A DNA stretch of 64,000 nucleotides from Candidatus Curtissbacteria bacterium (lineage in GTDB: Bacteria; Patescibacteriota; Microgenomatia; Curtissbacterales; GWA2-41-24): assembly GCA_038326365.1 (NCBI GenBank), contig JBBQJY010000001.1, positions 12,128-76,127 on the forward strand, in the 5' to 3' direction. The notes below the pieces were generated by a model. The model did not search any database. It was not told the origin of the DNA and worked only from the letters and a program-made list of their open reading frames with translations. Both the position numbers and the translations under genes were made by a program. The stretch's first letter is position 1. Each line of letters opens with the position of its first letter. Positions 8,901 to 17,308 of this stretch are shown here, in pieces.

Positions 8901-9577
8901 AAGTCGATTCATCAACGCTGGGTGCAAGCACCGGACCAAGTGGATCTGTCCTAGGCACGGCTACAGACCAAAAAGAGCGTTTTATTGGTGCTGTGGACTG
9001 TGGTAAACATCTCACCCGCGATATTTCTCTCAAGCCCCTAGTCCTGCAAAAAGAATTAGGAGTTAAATTTGATTGCGACCTGTCAACATCAAGCGAAACA
9101 CCTCCCAATGGAGCACCCCCTCCTCCACCAGGAGGCGGTACGCCGACGCCGACGCCACCACCTCCTCCACCAGGAGGCGGTACGCCGCCAACTACAAATG
9201 ATTGTTCAGGGAAATATAACCTAAGCACAAACCCGCTTAACGACAATTTCGGCGACCCTTCTTGTGATTTTTCCGAAAGCCAACTTTATGATCTTCTCAG
9301 ATCTCTTGATCCAAGCCGTGCAGACTATTGGTTCTTTACCATAGTCCCTTGCGAAAGTGTTTATAACTCAAACAATTACAACGGGGCTTCTACTAGTGGC
9401 TCAGCATGGGGTCTATATCAAATGGGTCACGAAGCCTATCCGACGCTTGGAATCCCACGACAAATGAACTCCCCTTTCGATCGCGGTGATGTCGATTGGC
9501 GTCTGCAAACCAGCAATGCCGTAAACTATAATAATGGCCTGGGTAATACCTTTGACTACTGGGGTTGCGCAACATGA
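5957..9577 (+). CDS. Large membrane-anchored surface protein with a C-terminal lytic transglycosylase (SLT/VirB1-like) domain after a proline-rich linker
   Basis: N-terminal TM segment, then a roughly 1000-aa extracellular region rich in Thr/Ser/Asn. The linker is PPNGAPPPPPGGGTPTPTPPPPPPGGGTPP. The C-terminus CESVYNSNNYNGASTSGSAWGLYQMGHEAY matches the SLT catalytic E-S ... GLMQ pattern. Confidence 0.65.
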   Translation: MPVHKDVLSKAKRPKSKPWLGIIFIALLISINLSIFTSAVQAAPGGAPAPQPCFNPEPVYVKDAGGNFVLDANGQKVENLTDNYLTDTNGDPLGPEETDNKLTNPEALKFTIVYTGHKGDLVHLTKRNQVKVDFSKLQAIFGAPNSNFADGGAQSIDHAQTNLMGLKNPLIYQGPAQKAVFKVLTDAQRIKYVKYVYDKPELGESGTKFTDYNGQDPKNIHELVGAFSLPSPPPAGTTDQHWLDTWAKYWEKLPTTYNEFTIGKLEFRELHGLQLIENVKKGVDNSCSKFNPLRTVEFPVPNFFRTAATSGALNQVLVPKTAQSDQNDLLDIKGAVLGVKTSTLDFLQYCIKFAQKNPVSQAIKKVISLGTQSIKSSYIAYAAWNLNLASVGSNSARFTFDPPGNGNFGLVAKNNSTGQTWDSGAISNGTSSVTFNGLTPGNYRAVLIFATSEISNAVTFDINSADPSPQPTSSWTLSVQASPIRGSNVRFDYNPEANSVMALIVYDQNNNTVTDSGSIDRSTTWTWTNARPGVYHAQLFAYGIAPVSNVVNFEVQWLLNNPTVDIRPLAGINNVNFTFAPQGNNDGANLSLLTYVNTTPRGTAFYDSAVSGVNLNGQTSHALPLNKVRWGKWVAVLIKGLSAVSNEVTYEVPYVLEVENNSGSVTFHYGPPLHIGPPSANAMAIIVKRKYIDKVVWDSGPLALDSTSVHWTDNAQPGDMEACLLYDGKTELSAHNLVCKPISVSTNYPWKIITLDKDKSCIKVSGSGKAGNAPFCAIYPTKFEPSVKGQTNVFPGECADPNPSRYKLNDQSNVVCTFTFDWDSSKFDGIPDKELRLPASGPGNWDKCDYAGDFVTCYLTVGIWPDFRVPFLAQSWNNTQFSNKDEVLPTLQETGRPGYYTFGQPKAVAEYDPLQELVNNCDPAIPGSQACKDLVNKVTSGDYPTKYPGLSDCVTSYLMQLPQLVTCIKGVASLIPKNLPGQVDSSTLGASTGPSGSVLGTATDQKERFIGAVDCGKHLTRDISLKPLVLQKELGVKFDCDLSTSSETPPNGAPPPPPGGGTPTPTPPPPPPGGGTPPTTNDCSGKYNLSTNPLNDNFGDPSCDFSESQLYDLLRSLDPSRADYWFFTIVPCESVYNSNNYNGASTSGSAWGLYQMGHEAYPTLGIPRQMNSPFDRGDVDWRLQTSNAVNYNNGLGNTFDYWGCAT
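9119..9187 (+). repeat. Perfect 27-nt direct repeat (cctcctccaccaggaggcggtacgccg) occurring twice with a 15-nt spacer, encoding a PPPGGGTP linker repeat
   Basis: The two identical copies at 9119-9145 and 9161-9187 are read directly from the sequence. Confidence 0.8.
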
Positions 9578-10068
9578 ACCTGCCGCAAAATCAAAAAACA
9601 TTTCAAGTAATAATAATCGCCGTTGTCTTTTTCCTACTGGCCATGATTTTCGGCATTTTCCTAACCCAGACCGGCAAGAGCACAAAACCCGCAGCCACCA
9701 ATAAAATTGTGCCCCCTCAAGTTTCACCCGCATCTTTGCCAAAAGAAACAAAAGACCTCAAAAGCAAACTGATTTCAAAGCCTCTTAAAAATAACAAAGG
9801 CGATTTACTGCTTTATGAATCAACCAATTTTTATGTTGAATACATCACTTCTCCCCAAGTCTTTTTCGTCAAAATTGCAAAGGACGTCAACAACTCCAAA
9901 AAGCAGGCGACAGAATGGTTCATCGCACAAGGCGCAACCGGCCAAGATATGTGCAATCTGCCTGTTCGATTCATTCTATCTACTCTGGAAGCCCGCCAAG
10001 AAGACCCAAAATTTACAAGCCTGCCGGATGGCTGCACAGGACAACCGATTTCAAAACCCACTAAATAG
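9565..10068 (+). CDS. Hypothetical membrane-anchored protein (single N-terminal TM)
   Basis: N-terminal hydrophobic helix VIIIAVVFFLLAMIFGIFL. It overlaps the stop of the upstream gene. I recognise no domain. Confidence 0.45.
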   Translation: MRNMNLPQNQKTFQVIIIAVVFFLLAMIFGIFLTQTGKSTKPAATNKIVPPQVSPASLPKETKDLKSKLISKPLKNNKGDLLLYESTNFYVEYITSPQVFFVKIAKDVNNSKKQATEWFIAQGATGQDMCNLPVRFILSTLEARQEDPKFTSLPDGCTGQPISKPTK

Positions 10069-10096
10069 CTAAATTGACACAATTTAACAAGGGCAG

Positions 10097-10795
10097 TTGC
10101 ATTCACGATCGTCTATGAGCTCTCCAGACAGGAGAATCGCCATTTACGGAGCGCTTTCAGCTCCCTTTATCGCTTTCAGCGCTGCCTGCGGAGTAGATAA
10201 TCCAAAACCTCAAATCACACACCCCACCCCAATTTCTGGTGATGTCCAAGGCGCACTATTAAATCCAACTGAAGGTGCACTTCTATATAAATCACAGACT
10301 CCTCGCCCAACGTTATCAAGCTCAACACGTGAATCATTTGATCCAAACCCAAATACTACTGCGACTTCGTCACAATTAAACTGCGTTAACCCAAATTCAC
10401 CCACATTCGATTCAAATCCTGTCTCTTTTGCTGAACCCGATGCAACTGGCATCATTAAACTTACCGATGGCTCCCCGATAAACGTCAATACAAGCATTGA
10501 TAATCTCATAAACCCTGACGAAGCCGGACAATACGTGATAGATTTATGGAAGCAAAGAGTTGGAGAACCAACAAGCAGTGTCTTCTTTAAAAAAATTAAA
10601 GAGATTAAAAAGTTTAAAGAAAACAATCCAAACGATAAAAGAGTTATTAATCTAGTGAACGAGGCAGTCTGCATCGTCCACTATAACCAGGAGCCTATTA
10701 CGGGTAATTTTATGACCATCCTAAGGTCGTATGTTTATGCGATAGATCCGAACTATTTAGGTAACAATTACACCTTTTACAGTTGGAAGCATTAA
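10097..10795 (+). CDS. Hypothetical secreted protein, possibly a lipoprotein
   Basis: Signal-like N-terminus ending IAFSAACGV and a low-complexity region rich in Pro/Thr/Ser. I recognise no domain. Confidence 0.45.
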   Translation: MHSRSSMSSPDRRIAIYGALSAPFIAFSAACGVDNPKPQITHPTPISGDVQGALLNPTEGALLYKSQTPRPTLSSSTRESFDPNPNTTATSSQLNCVNPNSPTFDSNPVSFAEPDATGIIKLTDGSPINVNTSIDNLINPDEAGQYVIDLWKQRVGEPTSSVFFKKIKEIKKFKENNPNDKRVINLVNEAVCIVHYNQEPITGNFMTILRSYVYAIDPNYLGNNYTFYSWKH

Positions 10796-10830
10796 GAAAT
10801 CAAGATTCGCCCTTGATTCAAAAATTTTAG
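10796..10830 (+). terminator. Weak candidate intrinsic terminator hairpin after the 10097..10795 CDS
   Basis: aatcaag (10798-10804) pairs with cttgatt (10812-10818) around a 7-nt loop, followed by caaaaatttt. The T-tract is short. Confidence 0.3.
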
Positions 10831-11021
10831 AGTGTTAACCTAAATTAAATATTTACTCCATCGCGGGGAAGCGTAGCGAAAATCTACCACTGTACCGCAA
10901 CGGTAACTCAAAAAAGAGAAGTCCGAATACCACGATGGCTAACTAGGTCCCGAGATAGGACACATGCCCATTGCGCACAATGATTGCAAGCCTTCTTGAG
11001 GACTATCAAGGAGGTTTTTTT

Positions 11022-12164
11022 ATGCTTGACAAGCTAGTTGCAAATCCACCGCCAAACATCTCTGAGGGCCAGTTTCGCTTTGATCCATCTCATCCCCCTC
11101 TGGCGAGTAAACAAATTGCTGAAGAACTAATTGATCCAATCCCCGAAGCAATGCTTGCCTACAATGTTCGATTCGATATTAAAGCTTACTGCAATTTGCT
11201 AGACCAAAAATCAACTCACACACACGAAGAATTCATAGCTAAGTTTAATTCCCTCAACGCTTTAACCAGAACAAATATCGAAACTTCAATTGCCGAAAGA
11301 TTCAACGCCGAAATACATCGAGCTTCATACAAACTCAAAGACGGCCAGCTAATCCATGAATCCTACGAGCAACCCTTTTTGGAAATAATCAGACGCGGTC
11401 AAGAATTTAGAGAAAAGTCTGGTTCCCAAGAGATCGATCGCGAAAGAGCCGAACTTGCCGGATTTAAAAAAGTCCAGGAGACACTCGCCAGTGAAAAGCT
11501 ATCAAATGACGCAAAAGTAATTGTCATCTCACCCGTCGGCGGCATTTACGGGCACAATTTCTACGATCTTTACCAAAGAACCGAAGATGGCAAAATTAAT
11601 ATGTCTCGTTACAGCTCAAAGAATTCCTATCAAAAATTTCTAGCAGCCGCTCGGCAAATAGACCCATTTTGTGAACTTCCCGATAATCCATCCGATGCTG
11701 ATTTCTTGGCTCGTCCACTCATAACTTATTTGCCGCCTGAACAAATTCAAACCCTCATGGATCCAGATGAAAAAACAATGAGCCAGGAAGAACTTGAAAA
11801 AATAAAAATAGCTTGGGCTCCAGCAATCGGAGGCTACATAGTAGATTTACTAAAAAATCCAAACACAATAACTCAAGAAAATTATTTAGATATCCTGAGA
11901 TTTGCCCAAGCGGCCAAAAACGGCCAAACTATTTCTGCCAAAGATATTCGCCAAATTTTCTTACCTAGAATAACAACAGCTTGCGGCATATCCGGTTCTC
12001 CCTATTCGGTTGCTGATTTCATAACCAACCCTAACCTCATCCAGGATAGGTATGGATCACTCCAAATCCATTGCCAGGAATGCAACACTAGTTATCCGCG
12101 AAATTTCGGTAAACTCGAAGAAAATTGTCGATACTGCGGCGGCACCAAGGGAATCGTTTGCTAA
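11022..12164 (+). CDS. Hypothetical cytoplasmic protein with a C-terminal CxxC...CxxC zinc-ribbon
   Basis: The ATG at 11022 is preceded by aaggagg at 11008-11014. The C-terminus is CQECNTSYPRNFGKLEENCRYCGG. Confidence 0.5.
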   Translation: MLDKLVANPPPNISEGQFRFDPSHPPLASKQIAEELIDPIPEAMLAYNVRFDIKAYCNLLDQKSTHTHEEFIAKFNSLNALTRTNIETSIAERFNAEIHRASYKLKDGQLIHESYEQPFLEIIRRGQEFREKSGSQEIDRERAELAGFKKVQETLASEKLSNDAKVIVISPVGGIYGHNFYDLYQRTEDGKINMSRYSSKNSYQKFLAAARQIDPFCELPDNPSDADFLARPLITYLPPEQIQTLMDPDEKTMSQEELEKIKIAWAPAIGGYIVDLLKNPNTITQENYLDILRFAQAAKNGQTISAKDIRQIFLPRITTACGISGSPYSVADFITNPNLIQDRYGSLQIHCQECNTSYPRNFGKLEENCRYCGGTKGIVC

Positions 12165-12217
12165 ACCTGCCTTGACTATCGCCTAAATTGTCCCTAATAT
12201 TGATTTAGAGTTTGTCC

Positions 12218-13993
12218 ATGCTTTCTGCCACAAAAATAAAACTGTTGGTTGTTTTACCATTTCTACTTCTTGGCCTCTTTTTTCAACCCAAAATTGCATC
12301 TGCTCAAAGTTACGGTTGGACAATATCGGTTGCTAATGTTTCTGGTACTTCAATTACCTATAATATTACGCCAAACTCCGGTAGCGGATCGGTACTTGTA
12401 TTAACAGACCTTCCATTGGGCGATCCCAACAGAGAATGTACTATTCCACCAAACGTATCCTCATTCACCTGCACTCACCCCGCGGGGACTCATTCGGTCG
12501 AAGTTACATATCTTGGCACTAAACAATCAGCAAACATCTCAGTAACAACTGGAGGAAGTGGTGGTGGTGGAGGAGGAGGAGGTGGAGGTGGAGGTGGACT
12601 CGCTAGCTGTGCTGCTCCGAATCCCGACACAACATCCCGCCAAGCACATGACCTCGTCCTTAAATGCGGTATAGCCAACGGCAGCATGGATAACCTTTAT
12701 TTCACCTTCAGTGAAACAGCCGGCATTCTGGACAGTCTTCAAGTCCTGGTCATGGGCAGTTCTCAACTTCACGAAGAATCAAACAAAGTCACCCAAAACA
12801 CTGGTGCTCTTGCAGGAGCCGCAACACTTGTTGCATCACTCTATAGCCACCCTCCGGCGTCTGGGGTTGAATATTTAGCCGGTGAATTCCAAAAGTTTAA
12901 CCCAACAAAAGACGCTTATGCCCAAACAGGAATCGGCTACGACACACTTCAACCTGTTCAAACCATTTGGGAACTTTTCAGAAACATTTCCTACCTCGGC
13001 TTCGTTATCGTTTTTGTTGTCATTGGTTTTATGATTATGTTCCGAGCACACATATCCCCCCAAGCAGTAGCTACGGTTCAAGATTCATTACCCAGGATCG
13101 TTATCGCACTTGTTCTCGTTACATTCAGTTACGCCATCGCCGGCTTAATGATCGATCTCATGTTCTTGTTTCTGAACGTCATTCTGGGTCTTCTGCCAGT
13201 AACTGACGCATCAAACATTGTCTTCAAAAAAAGTGTTTTCGGCGTCATAACTAGCTCTTGGAAAGACACTTTTGGAACTGTTTTTCATAATGTTCAAGAT
13301 CTTCTCAGTGAGATCATCAAGACTAAATTCTTTGTGGATAAAATTCTTGCCTTCTTCGGGGGCGGTATTGCAGCCCTCGTCGTCGGTATTGCCATGTTTT
13401 TCATAATGTTTAAGGTTTTCCTAATGCTATTAACTGCTTACGTTTCCATTATCCTCTTAACAATCGCAGCTCCATTCTTCTTCCTCTTGCAAGCTTTACC
13501 CGGTAACAACAATGGCATGACTTGGTTTAAACAAATGCTAGCAAATGTGGCCGTTTTCCCAACGGTTGCCATCATGTTCATTCTGGCTGGCTATCTCGGT
13601 GGCATTACGGCACTTGGTGGTAACGACAGTAACCCAGCAATCGGCCAGTCGAGCGGTAACATTGCAAAATTCCCTTTGCTTGCAGGCGATCTGGACCCTA
13701 AAGTTTTGGGGCATCTGGCAGGTATTGGCATTCTACTCATGACGCCAGCCGCGGCTCAACTCGTTAAGGACGCACTCGGTGTCAAGGCTGTAGGGGGCGG
13801 CGCAGCAGGCGCAGCAGCAGCTGGGGCTCTAGGCGCAGGCGCAGCAGTTGCGGGAGCTCCATTTAGGCCAATTCAAGGTGGCTTTGGCAAGGCTACGTCG
13901 GACTATGCTTCAAAAGGACTCTCAACAACAGGCAGGGCAGGGTTTAATAAAGTCAAAGGGGTATTAGGAAGAGGTCCCGGAGGTGATACCTAA
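12218..13993 (+). CDS. Polytopic membrane protein, candidate VirB6/TrbL-like T4SS channel component, with an N-terminal secreted domain, a polyglycine linker and a Gly/Ala-rich tail
   Basis: Signal peptide MLSATKIKLLVVLPFLLLGLFFQPKIASAQS, a GGSGGGGGGGGGGGGGG linker, then at least five hydrophobic helices. It sits next to the pilin, hydrolase and VirB4 genes. I did not recognise a VirB6 signature directly, so this call is by context and topology. Confidence 0.4.
   Translation: MLSATKIKLLVVLPFLLLGLFFQPKIASAQSYGWTISVANVSGTSITYNITPNSGSGSVLVLTDLPLGDPNRECTIPPNVSSFTCTHPAGTHSVEVTYLGTKQSANISVTTGGSGGGGGGGGGGGGGLASCAAPNPDTTSRQAHDLVLKCGIANGSMDNLYFTFSETAGILDSLQVLVMGSSQLHEESNKVTQNTGALAGAATLVASLYSHPPASGVEYLAGEFQKFNPTKDAYAQTGIGYDTLQPVQTIWELFRNISYLGFVIVFVVIGFMIMFRAHISPQAVATVQDSLPRIVIALVLVTFSYAIAGLMIDLMFLFLNVILGLLPVTDASNIVFKKSVFGVITSSWKDTFGTVFHNVQDLLSEIIKTKFFVDKILAFFGGGIAALVVGIAMFFIMFKVFLMLLTAYVSIILLTIAAPFFFLLQALPGNNNGMTWFKQMLANVAVFPTVAIMFILAGYLGGITALGGNDSNPAIGQSSGNIAKFPLLAGDLDPKVLGHLAGIGILLMTPAAAQLVKDALGVKAVGGGAAGAAAAGALGAGAAVAGAPFRPIQGGFGKATSDYASKGLSTTGRAGFNKVKGVLGRGPGGDT
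12553..12600 (+). repeat. Simple (GGN)n repeat encoding a 16-residue polyglycine run
   Basis: ggaggaagtggtggtggtggaggaggaggaggtggaggtggaggtgga, read directly. Confidence 0.75.
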
Positions 13994-13994
13994 T

Positions 13995-16900
13995 TTACCT
14001 GGCAAATACATATTTCAATCCTTGTCGGAAAAACTCAGAACCCCCAAATAATGGCCCTTGCCACCAAATTCTCTTTGCACTTTCAGAAACACCCATTCGC
14101 GCATAAATATCGGCATACTCAGCCAAAAACCTAGCATTTCTAACAGGCAAAATACCGGGCAAGCCTCCCCAGCCCAGATATTCGCGCTTCATCCAGTCTT
14201 TATACTTCACATTTAATCGATTACTTCGAACGGCAAGGTCGATAATTGTCTCCGTATCCGCATGAGGCATATTGTCTACTTCCCCCCACCAAGATTTCCA
14301 ATAAGTACCCAGCCTCTGATGCATCGGTATCACCAGCTTCATCATCGGCTGCAGTCTAACTTCTCGCTTAGAATAAAAATTCTCCAAAGAGAATAACTGT
14401 AAAAACTCCGCATTGTTTGGCTGCTGCAAATAGTGTTGCAGCTTTGGCTTTTCAGGACTCATGAAATTCATCATGGCAGCCCTGTCACCATAAAGATCAA
14501 TCCATCTATATTTCCAGCTATTATCAACTCTAAAAAAATGACTCCACTTACAGTTATCAAACTTAACTTCACCCTGATCCAGGGCTTCTGCGAGGATTGC
14601 CGACTTTGCCCAACCCATTTCTTCCTTATTACCTTTATCGAATTTTTTGATGTTCTTAAAACTATTTGTTTTTCTTTTGATAACTTCTTTTGCCGTTTCA
14701 TTCAATAGCCCGTCAGAATTAATACCTTGTTCCTCGTCCAAAAGGTCGCTGGCAAATCGAACCAGAGTTCGGTTTTGCGGCAACAAGTTTCCATTTTCCC
14801 CAAGCATCTCGTCTTGCATGACATAGTTTGCCTTTTCTACCTTACCGCGAGATTCGTCTATAAAAAATTCCCAGGCGTGGTCAACCATTCTTCCATAGAA
14901 AAAGTCTGTAGATTGGTTGTACACATATCCAGATACTCTCCCCTTGCCACCAGCCGGATTATCTATATTTGGATCCCAAACCCTGATGCCGTCATAATCA
15001 CTCCAAGCCATAACCCAAGCAAGCCTATGAGCATTGTTTACAACCTGGTCGACCAAACCCGTGTCCACCATTTCGATTATTTGTTTATCGCTAAGATTCC
15101 ATTTTTCTTTGTTCTTAACCAGCTCCTCAATCAGTCCACCCCCCGTTGCTACAAGCTCGACGTTTCCATTTGCTTGCTCGACTTTATATTCCCGCTTATT
15201 CCCTACCATCTCACTCTTCCTTAGCCCAACAGCCTCCGCTTGCTCTTTAATTAACCCAAGCATAGTGTTCTCCCTATACCATTTACCTATAGCTTTTTTC
15301 ATATTATCAACACTATAATCATCACCAAGTTCACCTTGTATGGACTCGAGCGCAGCTCTTTCTTCGTCGGTTTTGCCTTTAATTTTCCTGTCTTTCGTCC
15401 AGCTCTCCACAAAGTTCATAAGTAGACGCTCTTTATGGAATCTACCCATGTAAATATTCATTCCGGCGTCCAGCAAATTTACAGAAAGATGCTTCCCTTG
15501 AACATCTTTATTAAATCTTTCAAAATAAACCTCGAAAGTATTGTCCTTAAGGCCCTGAACTACTTTGGAAACAGTCTCAGGATTCATGCTTGCATGCTCC
15601 ATCGTGCTATAGAACTGGTTAATTGCAATAACTGACTCGTACTTTTCCGTCAGTTGCTTCCTGAGCTCAATAGCCCTTTCTTTTTCCTCACCCTCAAGCG
15701 AATCAACAGGTATTCTCAAAACCACCTGTACTGCTCTTTGAATTTTTTGTGATAATTGCTGTTCACCAAAATCAGAGCTTTCAAGAAGCCTCAAAATCCC
15801 GTCTACTGTTTTTTCGCTTTCTTTCCAATCATTTGGCGGCAATTCCGAAGAAATATCCGAAAATCTCAAGTCAAATCCCTGACGATAAACTTGCGCCTTC
15901 CATTTCAATAACTCCGCAAAATCGGGATTTGCATCGACTTCCGTCTCAACAGTTTCGTCAAATATTTCCCGGTAGTCATCGGCTCTACCATAGATACCCC
16001 CCTCTTGTATGGAGTTGACTTGAGAAGCTGAATCTTTTATTCTCCTAAAAAGTGCAGCCAATTGCTCTGGCTTGCTCCTCTTCTCGAGTTCTCGGAATTT
16101 ACTATCTACATGAGCCCTTGCCTCTTCAACAATTTTCTCATCGTCGTCGGACACAATAGACTGAAAAAGATTCAGTTTTTCAGACCCGAGTAATGTGTAT
16201 TTTGATTTAAGTTCGTTAATAGCTAGCGACATTTGTGACAATATGTCATAATTCTTAGGATTTTCGGGGTCTGCAAGAATCATACGAGCTTCTTCGATTT
16301 GGCCTCGATATTCTGTCAATAGTATTCCGTATTGATCGCGCATGCTGGTTTCTCCATTTTCTGTATCCACTCCCTTTTCTTTCAGATACAACAGTCGCTT
16401 AACGACCTCTTCAAGATTTACATGAACTGGAACACGTCTCTTTTCAATCCTACCTTCGTTATTTGGTACCCTCTTGACTACATACATTTCTAAAGGTTCG
16501 TCCCAGTAAATTTCACCGTTTCCCCCACGAATGGCTGGTAGGTTTTTCCCTATCTCGGTGCTTTTAGGCTTGCCCGTCCAGCCAGTCAGCTCAACTGCTC
16601 CATGCTCGGCAGCCCATTTCCAGCGCCTAACGACAGCCCAATTTTTCCACTTATCTTTAGGTACAGTAATTTCGAATCCCCGACCGCGAAAAAAAGCCTC
16701 AGCTGCCGCAGGATCGTCTATATATTCTCCGCGCTTCGTGGTTTCGATTATGATCCTAGGTAGAGCATCGGCGTAAACCAAAATAGCCCCCTCTTCTTTT
16801 GCCAGTGCTTCCATTTTTTCTTCTGTTACTACCTTTAGCTTCTTTCTGATTTCATCTGCCTTCAGAGCAGACTCGCCACGGTGTTTGCGCAAGGATTCTG

Positions 16901-17213
16901 CTATTACCTCTTCAGAGTTCATGCCCACAATCTTAGATTGATCTGCTCCGCTCTCAATAAGCGCAGTTCTCAAACTACTTAAGCTTTCACTGGAAACAGC
17001 TACTTGGTTTGAAGTGTCAAAAGCCTCACTCAATTTCTCAGTGTGTTCTCGGGCATTAAATTGTTTGTTTGGTTTCTTTTTAGCACCTCCGTCACCAGGT
17101 TCAGCTCCTTTGTTTTCGTCTGGAGTCCGCAAGCTTCCATCAGGCATAGTATTTCCCCCTTTATACTCAGCGTACAAGCTGGAGGGGTCAAATGCAATAA
17201 AATCTTCTTTCAT
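13995..17213 (-). CDS. Large (1072 aa) soluble protein of unknown function, rich in charged and Trp residues, inside the T4SS-like locus
   Basis: The ORF is uninterrupted with no TM segments, no Walker motifs and no recognisable catalytic motifs. It is divergent from the ATPase-winged-helix regulator gene. Confidence 0.55.
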   Translation of the reverse strand: MKEDFIAFDPSSLYAEYKGGNTMPDGSLRTPDENKGAEPGDGGAKKKPNKQFNAREHTEKLSEAFDTSNQVAVSSESLSSLRTALIESGADQSKIVGMNSEEVIAESLRKHRGESALKADEIRKKLKVVTEEKMEALAKEEGAILVYADALPRIIIETTKRGEYIDDPAAAEAFFRGRGFEITVPKDKWKNWAVVRRWKWAAEHGAVELTGWTGKPKSTEIGKNLPAIRGGNGEIYWDEPLEMYVVKRVPNNEGRIEKRRVPVHVNLEEVVKRLLYLKEKGVDTENGETSMRDQYGILLTEYRGQIEEARMILADPENPKNYDILSQMSLAINELKSKYTLLGSEKLNLFQSIVSDDDEKIVEEARAHVDSKFRELEKRSKPEQLAALFRRIKDSASQVNSIQEGGIYGRADDYREIFDETVETEVDANPDFAELLKWKAQVYRQGFDLRFSDISSELPPNDWKESEKTVDGILRLLESSDFGEQQLSQKIQRAVQVVLRIPVDSLEGEEKERAIELRKQLTEKYESVIAINQFYSTMEHASMNPETVSKVVQGLKDNTFEVYFERFNKDVQGKHLSVNLLDAGMNIYMGRFHKERLLMNFVESWTKDRKIKGKTDEERAALESIQGELGDDYSVDNMKKAIGKWYRENTMLGLIKEQAEAVGLRKSEMVGNKREYKVEQANGNVELVATGGGLIEELVKNKEKWNLSDKQIIEMVDTGLVDQVVNNAHRLAWVMAWSDYDGIRVWDPNIDNPAGGKGRVSGYVYNQSTDFFYGRMVDHAWEFFIDESRGKVEKANYVMQDEMLGENGNLLPQNRTLVRFASDLLDEEQGINSDGLLNETAKEVIKRKTNSFKNIKKFDKGNKEEMGWAKSAILAEALDQGEVKFDNCKWSHFFRVDNSWKYRWIDLYGDRAAMMNFMSPEKPKLQHYLQQPNNAEFLQLFSLENFYSKREVRLQPMMKLVIPMHQRLGTYWKSWWGEVDNMPHADTETIIDLAVRSNRLNVKYKDWMKREYLGWGGLPGILPVRNARFLAEYADIYARMGVSESAKRIWWQGPLFGGSEFFRQGLKYVFAR

Positions 17214-17308
17214 GTCGACAAGTTTAATAGAGAAAGCTCCATTTGCCTTGACTCTTGCCTAACAATTAGCTAACAAGAAGAAAAAGACCTTATAATTGGA
17301 ATTACGCA

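Noticed and set aside
8899-9246. Antisense ORF 8899..9246(-) encoding poly-Gly/Pro
   Set aside because: It is the reverse complement of the proline-rich linker of the SLT protein and an artefact of the low-complexity repeat. The ORFs at 12490..12687 and 24284..24601 are antisense to Gly-rich segments in the same way.
17247-17296. TTGACT (17247-17252) plus TATAAT (17291-17296) as a canonical promoter pair for the regulator gene
   Set aside because: The spacing is 38 nt, far from the 17 +/- 1 optimum. The TATAAT alone, 12 nt from the ATG, may act as a -10 for a near-leaderless transcript, but the -35 assignment is not supported.
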